NCBI GenBank assembly: GCA_039545335.1
Contig: BCIN01000005.1
Span: forward strand, 1,082,641 to 1,146,640
DNA length: 64,000 nt
Direction of reading: 5' to 3'
From: Kondoa subrosea
Taxonomy: Eukaryota
Every line of letters begins with the position of its first letter. The first letter of the stretch is position 1. A program made the translations under genes and the position numbers. Under the pieces are notes generated by a model, which worked only from the letters and a program-made list of their open reading frames with translations, did not search any database and was not told the origin of the DNA. Shown in pieces: positions 41,681 to 52,732 of this stretch.

Positions 41681-42114
41681 TCTGCGCCTAGCTATAGTCG
41701 CACAGGGTATCTGGTAGGCTCAGTCTTGCGTCCTGCCTTGCCTGCGAGGGTATTTGGTAGTCGAAAAACAACCTCGTTTTCTCTCACAGAAGTGCTTCGA
41801 CCCCCTAATGGCGGCTTTAGGCCGACTCTGGCTTTAAAGGAGGAAGGAGGGATGGGTGAAGGTTACAGCTCGACAGCATTATATCTGTCAGCGAATCACT
41901 GCTCAGAAAGCTCAGTTGCAATCATCTGCGCAAAAGGAAGGAAACTTTGACAGTTTGTATCCTGAAAAGAAAGGCAAGCCTGAGACTAGCCGCCTATGTT
42001 TTGAGTCCCTGCATACGGAACCTTCACGGATCTGGATATATGATGCTGTACATTCAAAAGAAGAGCAAAAAGAGAATAGCTATTGTACAGGCATAACGTT
42101 CTGCAGCAAAAGGT

Positions 42115-43573
42115 TCATTGAGGGCCAACTGCTTTGACCAAGTTTAGCACCTGGCGTCGGTAACGACGGTCAGCTGGGTAGAGGGTATTGTGTTGCACTG
42201 TTGGATTGAACTCATGCTGGGCGAAAGCCGGGATTCGTTGGGGACGACCGGCAGCTACCTGAGGAGGCGCTAGAGAAATTGGATCTCGAGCTGGAACTCC
42301 TTCAGGTTTAGCGTAGGGCGAGCCCGAAAACTTCTTGAGAGGTCCAGTCGGAACATGTTTGATCCAAGAGAAGGGCGCGCCTTGATTTTCATGAGCGGTG
42401 AATCCGAAAGGTGAGCCACCGGAAAGAGTATAAAGATCATGAGAATAGAAGGATTCGCGCGTAGGAGTCAGGTGATTGCTTGGGTGAGCGTGCGAAAGAT
42501 TAGACAAAAGTTGGACGAGTCTGTCCCATGCTGGCTTCGCTGACTGTTCTGGCATACTCTCGAAGTATTTTGATTTGACTGTCGAATACCGTCAATCGAG
42601 ATTTGCAAGCTGGAACAAGACCCACGAAAAGTATCAATGAATTTATGGCTTATCACCTCTTGTTGCAAGGCCGAGCGTTCATAAATCGGTTGTGTCTGAT
42701 AGCTAACCCAGGGACGAGCACTAAAAAAGAGAGACAGACGTAAGGAGTTTTGCTTTTGCAGATCAAAAGTTGTAATATCGCTTACCCAAACCATACCACA
42801 TTGTCAAGTGTGCGTTCTTTTCTATTGACCTGTATGATCTCGTCGTCTACATCCAAAGGCAAAGCCCAGGTACAGATTAGTCTCGGTTCCTTGCAAAGCA
42901 AATCCTTTTCTCTAGCCTAATCGGCCTCGATAAGAATCGCAGGATATGACAGAGCAAGGGACACCTACAAAACCGGCAGAACTACTCATGATTTGACACT
43001 TTTCGTTAAATGCAGCTTCAACGACTCTCCACGAGTTCTCTTGAACCAGGTGATCGTAAATCTTGGGATCTTTGTGTAAGAGTGGAGGTTGGTATTTACT
43101 GGATTGACCTAGTCGACTCCAGTACTACTGCGCGTTTGAGATTACAGCCAGAAACAGTGTGACCTGTACTTACCTTGCGTAGTTCCTCGTCCAAAACAAC
43201 ATACTGCCATAAGCGCAACATAGACCTGTCGGCAAAATGACCCTTTGTTCTGTTCAGCGAGATGTTTCAATGAAACCAAGAGAACTCACCTTAACGTAGC
43301 CGTTGTTATGATAGGCAACATCGCCGAGACCGATGACGAGCAACCCGTGAGGGATGGGAAGGTTCTTAGTTTGCCGATATTGAATCGTCTCCTCCGTAAC
43401 AGCTGTAGAAGAAGAGCTGAGTAGCGGCTTTCCGGTGCAATATCTAAGAACTTACCGATTAACCATTGCTTGTAAGCGTGTAAAGGAGAACCAATCTGAT
43501 CGAAGTCGGCCTGCAACTGTCGAAAGAAGGCGGTTGCATTGGCGACGAGTTGAACATCTTGGGGACTAGACAT
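42115..43573 (-). CDS. Orphan multi-exon hypothetical protein (about 390 aa)
   Basis: Six exons joined by five GT-AG introns keep one open frame from MSSPQDVQ to VKAVGPQ*. No recognised domain. Confidence 0.55.
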
Positions 43574-43609
43574 ATTGTATAGGCTGAATTGATTGCGAGT
43601 TGGAATAAG

Positions 43610-43705
43610 AAAGAATTGATGAAGCGAGAGATAAAGAATTGATGAATCGAGAGAGAAAGGATTGATGAGTCAGAGGAGGAGTCAGCAAGAGGGAGTCAGC
43701 AAGAG
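43610..43705. repeat. Imperfect tandem repeats (about 23-bp unit x3, then GAGTCAGCAAGAG x2)
   Basis: aaagaattgatgaagcgagagat / aaagaattgatgaatcgagagag / aaaggattgatgagtc read directly. Confidence 0.8.
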
Positions 43706-44400
43706 AAACGACGAAAGAAGATGAAGCGAGATTCTCGATTGGCTTTCGCTGAACAAAGGGATAACCGGGAGATCATGACCCGCGTGCTTGATCCATCCCG
43801 AAACGAGATATAGCACAGAGCGGCGGATCCTGGCTGGATCGTGTAGGCATAACCGTCCTCAGTCTGGCAACTTCTCTGCCAGGTGCCAGAACGAATTAAA
43901 ACTGCGTTGACAGTCGCAACATACTACTGAGTCCTGCTTCAGCCTTGCAAAGCACCCCTCTCGCTTGAGTCGATTCCGATTTGCAGTCGGTTCCGACATA
44001 AGCCATCACCATACTCTAGTAACCATGGCGTCTGAGCATCCCATCTATTATTTCAGCTCATGACCATGCCCATAAGCCATGTTCCGAGCTCCCCAATAAC
44101 ATTTGGCCTCTCGCGATGGCCATGGGTTAATTGACGTATGATTGCATGCATTCAACTCGGGTCGTAGCTGCCGTCTTGCTTTCGAGTTCCTTTCCTGATG
44201 CAGTGCTGATGCAGTCTCTGTCCGTGTCGCACCAATAAACCAGCTTGACGTTGTTGAAGATTAAGCTAAACCTTCAAGCGCTCGAGCGGGGTGCCGCGTC
44301 CAGCAAGCTCGCTGTCCACTTTGTTCAGCAACAGTCGTTGTTCTCAGTCATTCGTTTCTCTGTGTAGAGTGTTCAGATTTTGTCGAAAGCAGCGCAGTGG

Positions 44401-46751
44401 ATGCCTTCCCTTCTCACCTCGGTCTTGAACGAGGCCAAGTCTCAAGGGATCATCGTCTCTTCTCTTGCTGCCATAGTGCTTCTGTTCAGTTCAATAATAC
44501 TGTATCATCTGTCTTATTACTATCTCGATCCACACGGAGTAGGTCTATATCTGGCTTTTCCATGCTTTTGCTGATCTTGTCTTTAAGCTTCGCAAATATC
44601 CTGGACCATTCTGGGCTGCTTTATCTGATACTTGGCTTGGTTGGCAAGCACGAAAAGGCAACAAATATCAAACAGTGCATGATCTTCATAAACGTTATGG
44701 AACATATGTTCGAATAGGTATGCATCGCTTGAGTACAATCAGTTTCTCAGCTGATCAGTACTTGTCTTAGCACCGAACAATCTGTCTATAGCTGATCCGG
44801 ATGCCATAAATCCAGTATACGGACATGGAAACGGAACGAGCAAATCGCCCTTCTACGACGCTTTCGTAGCGACGCACACTCGAGGCTTGTTTAACACTCG
44901 CGATCGAGCGCAGCATTCTCGCAAGAGGAAGATTGTATCTCATGTATTTGCAAAAGGTGCCTTCCGTCTTGCTCGCTGTCGGTGCATGACTCATTGCTGT
45001 ACAGGATCTGTAAATGAGTTTGAACCTTATATTCAAGGCACGATGCGAAACTTCATCAGCAAATGGGATAAGAAATGTACAGAAGGGAAAGACGGATGGT
45101 CTAATTTCTTTGATGGATTGAATTGGTAGTAAGTCACCTTTATTAGGTTCCGAAATACAGTACTGACATCAACATCAGCAACTACCTCGCTTTCGATATT
45201 ATCGGAGATCTAGCTTTGTGAGTTTACTTTGTTCCCTTTATCGGCCCAATGCTTACGGCTCGATAAGCGTACGCTTCAACTACAACAGACCTTTCAGCTA
45301 TCCTGAATTCAATGACAGGGATCACCCTTTGGCATGATTGACCGAGAAGCAGACATTGCATCAGTCGAAACCGATGATGGAAAGGTTCTTGAACTCCCAG
45401 CTGTCAAAATCTTGAACGAACGAGGTGAATTCTCAGCAACTCAAGGATGTCTTATGCCATGGATAAGACCATACATGAAGAGAATAGGTCAGCATCATCT
45501 GACTGTAATTTAGTCATTGGCTCATCAGTTGCGAATGACAGATCCTTGGTTCGCCAGAGGAGCAGCATCAGTCGCAAATCTTTCAGGTATTGCTCGCTAT
45601 CGTGTCAATCAACGATTGCGAGAAGGCGCTGGCGATCGCAAAGATCTACTTTCTCGCTTACAAGCTGCTCGGGACGACAAAGGGGAACCACTAGGCAAAG
45701 ACGAGTTGACAGCTGAGGCGTTAACTCAGTTGTAAGTCCATGATCTGGTGTTCTTACTTTGGAAGACTGATGTATTGTTTGTAGAATTGCTGGAAGGTAA
45801 ATCATTCCGTTACCCATCAGCTAGTATAGTACTAAGAGTACCTGCTTCGGTTTCACCAGTGGTAAGCTGCTCCATCGCCAACTCTGTGCATTCGGAGCTG
45901 ATAATACAAGCAGATACAACCTCAAACAGCTCTTGCGCTATTCAATTTTGGATTTCGCGACATCCTGAAGTAGAGAAGAAATTGATTGCCGAACTGAAAG
46001 AGCGCTTGGATGGCAAGCTTACTGAAGAGAATCCAGTCGTCGATTACGATGATGTGAAAGATCTGTAGGTTGAAGGTCCCTGCTGAGCTACCTATTGACA
46101 TTGCTATATCCTAGACCTTATCTTGACGCGTGCATCAACGAAGCCCTTCGACGGCACTCCACCTCATCCATGGGCTTACCTCGTATTTTACCAGATCATG
46201 TTCAATTCAAGGTGAAAATTTCGTGCCTTGCATGAGACCCAGACTCTGATGTATAGTAGGGCGAACATTTCCTGCCTGGAGCTGTACTATCTGTTCCTCA
46301 TTATACTCTACATCACCTTGATTCATTCTGGGGTGATCCAAATGTTTATCGACCGGAAAGATGGATCGAGCAGGGGAAAGAGCTCGAAAAAGGTTTCTTG
46401 CCGTTCTCATATGGTCCAAGGTCAGTTGTCTCCCTTGACGCTTGGCTCCGTCCCCAATTTGATTCCTTTTCCAGAGGTTGCGTTGGTATGAATGTAGCTA
46501 AGCTGTGAGTTTCACCTTTGACCTACCTTCAGTATAAGCTGACGATTATAACCAGAGAGCTTACGACTTTCATGGCTACTCTTTTCTATCGCTATGAATT
46601 CAAGCTAAAAGATCCATCTTTGGAAGAGTTGCCGACTGTAGAAGGTGTAAGTCAATTTCAGTCTTTGCCGACTCATGCTCATCCTCCTCGACAACAGTTC
46701 TTGCGCAAACCAACAGAGAGCTGGATCGCTATCAAACGTCGTCAACACTGA
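44401..46751 (+). CDS. CYP53: Cytochrome P450, CYP53 family (benzoate 4-monooxygenase-like)
   Basis: LFNTRDRAQHSRKRKIVSH, YLAFDIIGDLAFGSPFGM, LNERGEFSA, ALTQLIAGSDTTSNS, EALR, RPERW, FSYGPRGCVG heme motif, EGFLRKP. Confidence 0.93.
45268..45268 (+). other. Predicted 1-nt coding exon (C) in CYP53
   Basis: Flanked by 50-nt introns 45218-45267 (GTGAGT..AAG) and 45269-45318 (GTACGC..CAG). Required to form the TTC of DLAFG. Confidence 0.75.
45860..45861 (+). other. Predicted 2-nt coding exon (TG) in CYP53
   Basis: CCAG|TG|GTAAGC; yields AG-T G-AT = Ser-Asp of AGSDT. Confidence 0.85.
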
Positions 46752-46947
46752 TATAAAGTAGAAGTACAGCTTAAGCTGGTTGTCAAGGCAAAAGTATAAG
46801 ATCGTTCAGTAGGAGTATAAGGTGTTGATTTGCTCACAAATTGTACAATGCAAATGAAAGATAATATGTTGTATTTGCCCGTTGCTTCCTCCCCCCTTTG
46901 GCTTCCAATCCAAGACGCCTAGAACTCCAAGATCTGCATCGCTCTCC

Positions 46948-48329
46948 ATCTAGTATTGAAGCGAATGTAAGTGAAGTATAGCGCTGCGCATCACAGTACG
47001 TACGAATCCTGTGCGTAGGGCAATTTTTGATTAGTAACACATTTTGCTAAACCGAAATGATCCGAAACGTACCATCAAATCACCAATAACAAAACCCCAA
47101 TTCTCTTTCGGAGCTCTACATTCTTTCGGGTCCAAAAGATTGTACGTTTTCCCGAAAACCAAGAAATGAGCAAACAAGGAATTGAGGTGACCTTCCAAAG
47201 ATAGATGAACAATTTGTGAGAAATGAGCGTGGTACAAGTGAGCAAAGATTCGAAGAAATTGAGTGTAGAGATGTCGGGCTGTCAGAGGGAACATATCGCT
47301 GAATTCTCGGCCTGACATAATATCATGAGAAACTGGATCGATCGGTTTTAAACAGCAGAAGTATTGACCAGCTTTGGTTGGGAAGAGTGATTCGTCACCC
47401 ATGGTCTTTTCTGCCCATGTGAGAACGTAATCTAAAGCTGAAGGTTAACACAACAGTCATTTGTCCGTAAGACATATCCACAGACCTGTATATTCTGTTG
47501 CGGGTACTTTGACCTGCTTCTTTGTCGGACCAGAAGTCCATGTATAGTCCTGTATTCTGCTGAGCTATGCGAATCGATGAAGGAAATAATATATCATACC
47601 ATGCTGTACAAATGTACTTGCGAATTAGCTCAAAGAATTAGCCTGTGCAGCACATTCCGCACCCTGGACCAGCAGACATTGTAGGACATGTATCGCGCGT
47701 GCATTGCTCGCTTATGATTCCAAGAAAGTGGTTCAGGCTGTCAGTGAAGTAAACAGCTTTATCAGCTCGAGACCGATTACCAGCTATGTCCACTGACTTG
47801 TGAAAGAAGTCCACGACTAATTTGCGTCATTAGCTTGATATAGAGTAGTACTAGTATCAACTGACTATTAACTGCTACCCATTCGTTCATGTCTACATCT
47901 TTTGGTAACGCGACAATTGTCTTGAATGATCCTTTGACCAAAGCAGCTTTAACGAACCTGTGCACCTCTGTAAACGCCTATCACATGGTGAAAAGCAACA
48001 AAGCAGACGCACGGTTGACACAAATACAAAGGTCTAGTCGAAGCCTGAGAATAACTTCCGGCCGTCCCATCTTGAGCTTGCTGCTGTTGCTGAGCATGAG
48101 ACTGAGGATCATAACCACCATAAGGTATATTTTGAGCTGTAGGTGTAGTAGGCGATTTCCGTCTAACTCCTCCTCCTAAAGGTACAGCTGTGTTGATTTG
48201 TTGCTGCTGCTGTTGCTGTTGCTGAGAAGGACCTGTGTTGCTTCGGCCTAGACGACTGATCACACAAAAGCTTTGAGGCCTGCGAACCAGGACGTGCAGA
48301 ATCACGACTAACCCGAGGAAGGATGCCAT
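46948..48329 (-). CDS. MOB2: Mob1/phocein family kinase activator, Mob2-like; 3' end approximate
   Basis: PLYLCQPFVKAALVKGSFKTIVALPKDVDMNEWVAVN, CPTMSAG, FPTKAGREF, RIFAHLYHAH, HLNSLFAHF; polyQ N-terminus. Confidence 0.9.
47600..47603 (-). other. Predicted 4-nt exon (CATG) in MOB2
   Basis: TACAG|CATG|GTATGA on minus strand restores SAGPG-MDYTW. Confidence 0.8.
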
Positions 48330-48521
48330 ATTTTACGCGATTATGTCAATATAGAGCTAGTCTGGAGCTGCCCGAACGAAATGAAGGATATATGAGGGCG
48401 TGGAATTGGCTGTCGAGTGTCAAGCTGATCAAGCGTCGAAAGCTTGTTCCGCATACACCACAGTCTCGCTGCAGTCCAGGCTCTTAGCACAGCTCTATAC
48501 TACTTCCCTGTCCTAATCATC

Positions 48522-51500
48522 ATGTCTGCAATGAAAGCTATCGTCAAGCGAGTCTCCTCGATATTGTTCAGGTTTATGTGTCTGACGAGCTTTGCCTAAG
48601 GTCTTGCCTTTCTGGCAGCGCAGTAGTCTTGAGAGGAAGACAAGGTCGTAAGTCTGCTTCCTTCCTCTTTCGTCCTCTTCTGGCCCGTCCGTTCGCATGC
48701 ATGACACGAAGCACCAAGCGAGCAGCTCTATGTTCCTCTACAGACCATTTGTTGCTGTCTTAGACTTCTGTCTCATCGCTTTCTATTCTACAGCTCAAGG
48801 AGAACCGCCTAAAGAACGTACTCTATACTTGGCAGATCTGAATTGTCCCGTGAGTCTAGTCAAACTAGTTCACATTAGTTTCCTGCTTATTGTGACACAG
48901 CGCATGGGCAATCAATCACGTCCTGATGAAGCTTTCGCCTTTGAATCTAGAGATTTCCTTCGTCTTCTAGTAGTAGGCAAAGAAGTCAATTTCAACATCT
49001 TGCAAACTATTCCTGCTTCCAATGGTCCAGCTTTAGAATTAGGAGATTTAACTTTAGTCAATGGGAATGTGGATGTAGCTTTAGCAATGGTCAAGAATGG
49101 TTGGGCTAAAGTTAAGGAAAGTCGTGGTGGAGAAGATAGTTCGGAGAGGAAGAACAACCTGAAAACTGCTGAAGAAGAAGCCAAGAAAGAAGGAAAGGGA
49201 CTTTGGGGATCAGAGAGTGAAGCTGTCAGTCTTTTATTCATCTTGTCTCCGATTGAGGTTCGATGAAGAAACAATCTGACAGATATCTGATGTCGCTCAA
49301 TCCGTTTCTAACACACAAGAATTCCTCAGCGAATGCAAAGGCAAACAGATTGATGGTATATCTTCTTCTTATATGTATTGTTAACGCTGAATCGCGTTCT
49401 AGCTATCGTCGAGCAAGTCAGCAACGGAACAACACTTCGAATCCGTTTGCTGCTTTCGCCAAAGAAGCATCAAATACTTACTATTCAAATGGCTGGAGCT
49501 CGTGCACCACGAGCGCCGAACAATGCTTCTGGAGCAGACGACTCTTCAGAAGAGCAGGGAGCCGAATCCCAATTGTCAGTCTTTCACTGCCCAATCAATC
49601 ATAGTCTAATGGCTTCATGATAGCTTCACTGCTTCTCGTCTGCTTCAACGTACAGTCTCTATTGAAATTCTAGGTCTTCCAACGAATGCTTCACCCACAA
49701 CACCATTTATTGGCGTAGTGCATCATCCAGCAGGATCTATTTCCTCCCTTTTACTGTCTTACGGTTTAGCAAGAGTAGAAGATCGTCATGCTTCTTTCCT
49801 CGGAGCAGAAAAGATGGCCGCCATGCGAAAAAGCGAAAACGAAGCCAAACTCAACAAAAGAGGACTTTGGAAATCGCACACTCCAACTACTACCAATGGA
49901 GGTGTCAAACAAAAAGGATACGAAGCTTTGGTCGTTAGAGTTTGGAGCGGTGATTCTATCGGTGTAAGAGAAGGTAAAGAAGGCTTAGGACCGGAGAAGA
50001 GAATCACTTTGAGTAGTGTGCGAAGCGCGAGGTCAGTATATGTTCCTTCTGTAGCTGATTGCGAAGCTCAGAAATTACAATAACGGACAGGCCAACTGAT
50101 CCTTCCAAAGGTGGTTTAGCTAATGATGCCAAAGAAGCTCTTCGAAAGCGAATCATCGGCAAAGTAGTTCACGTTCAACTAGATTACACCAAACCCAAAG
50201 AAGGAGACTATGAAGAGAAAGAGTGCTGCACTGTAAAAATGCACAACGGCTCTAATGTTGCTGAATTCTTGGTCGAGAAAGGTTTGGTCAATGTCATCAA
50301 GCATAGAAGAGATGATGAGGATCGATCGTGCGTCGAATGTGTTGATTGATCTGTCAAGATCTTTGGTTGACATTCTGCGATGTACAGGTCGGAACTGGAC
50401 AAATTGCTAATAGCTGAAGAAAAGTGAGCCAAGTGAATGCTGTTCAGACTGTCCTAATCATACATGCTGTTTCCTACAGAGCTCAAACGGAAGGCAAAGG
50501 CGTTCACTCCAACAAGGACTCACCACTACCTAGAATGGGAGATGCATCAGAGGTCGGTGGACCAATAGTTCATTGACTATCTAGCTCATTGAATGTAACA
50601 TTTATCTGACAGTCTGCAGCGAAAGCATCCTCCTTCTTACCCGGATTCAAGCGAGCTGGCCGAATTCCAGTGGTTGTTGATTTCGTTGCCGCTGGATCAA
50701 GATTCAAGGTACGACATGCTGGCAATGTACATTCTGCTTACTCACTTGAATCTCTATGAACAGGTTTTCCTGCCCAAACAAGATGTCAAAGCTACTCTAG
50801 TACTCGCCGGTATTCGCGCGCCTCGAACAGCTAGGAACGCAAATGAGAAATCAGAACCGTACGGAACTGAAGCTTATGATTTCGCTGTTCGCAAGACTTT
50901 GCAACGTGATGCAGAGATGGAAGTCATTGAGACCGACCGAAGCGGAGGTAAATCGAGTGTTGCTCTTCTTGCTAAGAAAAAGTATTTAGCGGCATTTCGA
51001 TTTACAGGATTCATCGGAGCTCTATACCTGGCCAAGACAGAAAACTTTGCAGCTTCGCTCGTACGAGAGGGTTTTGCCAATGTTAGCGAGTATGGTCAAG
51101 ACAAAATCAGCTTTTCGCGCGAACTACAAACAGCCGAAGATGAAGCGAAGAAAGGGCGAAAGAATGTGTGTTCCGATGACATTCGCCCTGTCACTTTTTC
51201 TGATATCATGATTTCCAGATTTGGTCAGACTACGATGAAGATGCGGCAGCTGAACAGCAAACGAATGGCAAAGAGGAAGTGGAAAGCAGGAAAGAATATG
51301 TTGATCTACTCATTTCCGATTCTCGACCAAGCCCTTTCGGTTTCTCTGTCCAGATACTAAAGAACGGAGGTCAGTCAAGAAAGGCTAGTATCAGTTTCAT
51401 ACTGATCAGACACTCTTGATATGACAGGCATTCCTGAGCTCGAAAGACTCATGAAAGATTTCTCTTTGCACCACAAAGCACCTCCTTCCGCTTCGGCAGC

Positions 51501-52329
51501 AGCGTTCGTTCCTCGATCGGGCGATCTGGTTAGCGCCAAATTCTCAGTCGATTCAAATTGGTATCGAGCTCGAGTGATTCGAAGCAATCCTCAAAAGAAA
51601 ATCGCTGAAGTTCAGTTTTACGATTGTTCGTTCTAAAAGACTGCTCTTGCTCTGTCGTATTGAGCTTATTATGTCCTTTGGTCTACAGATGGCAATTCTG
51701 AAAGTCTCAGCTATAGTCAACTCAGACCTCTTGATCAGCAGTTCAGGAAATTAGAAGGTCAAGCTAAGAATGCAGTCCTTTCTCTTGTTCAACTACTAGG
51801 TCCCGAGACGGACTACGGAGCGGAAGCTTTCGATCGCTTTAGGGAATTGACAGAGGTAAGTTGTATTCCACAATTGCAGGTATAGCAATTCAATTGAGCT
51901 GTAGGGTCGATCACTTGTTGGCAACATCGACTATCGTGAACCAGGCCAGAACGGTATTCTGCATATCACCTTATATGATCCATCTGACAAATCATCAACG
52001 TGAGTCACCTGCGAGCTCCTCAATTTTACACACATTAATCACTGAACCTGTACTTGTCAGCGATTCTGCTAATTCAATAAACGCTATTCTTGTTCAAGAT
52101 GGTTTAGCGAGAGTGGATAGCAAATCTAAAATCGCTGCTGCATATCCTCAAGTTATCAAAACGCTCAAAGCAGCTGCAGCAGAGGCAGTAAGCTACATAA
52201 GCATAGTACTCCTGTGCTTGGCAAGAGCTGATTACCTTTTGATAGCACAAAGAGCGAAGAGGAGCTTACGAATTTGGTGATTTCACGCCTGAAGAGGATG
52301 ATAGGGACCTGCGACGAGGTGGACGCTGA
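48522..52329 (+). CDS. SND1: Tudor staphylococcal nuclease (Tudor-SN/SND1)
   Basis: MKAIVKSCLSG..RGRQGPQGEPPKER, DEAFAFESRDFLR, repeated SNase folds, Tudor SAKFSVDSNWYRA..DYGN, terminal EFGD. Confidence 0.95.
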
Positions 52330-52732
52330 ATGCTTGAGTGATCCATATTATCGTCCCGCCAACAAGAAAAAGGGAAGATCAGTAAAAGATCGCATCGCGA
52401 AAGGGAATCGGAGAAGTGAAGAAAATCAAAAAAGGGAGAAGAATCTCTCGGGCTGGTGTCGTATCGATAGCATCATTGCATTGCACTCATCGCATCTCTT
52501 TCTGCGTGTTTCCGACTTCCTCCTTGCCATTCGTAAGTGTCGCGGCGGATGTGGCTGAAAGTGATGCTCGAGAACAATCTTGCCTTTAAATTTTGTTTGA
52601 TCGATTACTCCTGATCCAGCACTTAGACCTGCTACCTCTTTTGATCTAGATCTTTAGAAGTCTTCTTACATATATCCCTTGCTCTATATCCACCCAACCC
52701 AGGCTTCCCAATCTCAATAGAAAAAAAAAGTC

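Noticed and set aside
43610..43705. Repeats considered as CRISPR-like array or transposon end
   Set aside because: No unique spacers, no matching inverted repeat or transposase, and the context is eukaryotic.
48199..48224. CTG/TTG triplet repeat
   Set aside because: Ordinary polyQ coding tract in MOB2.
52534..52627. Possible C/D snoRNA in a 5' UTR intron of SSC1 (GTGATGC...CTGA, GCTG/CAGC stem)
   Set aside because: Imperfect C box, short span and no rRNA complement that I could recognise.
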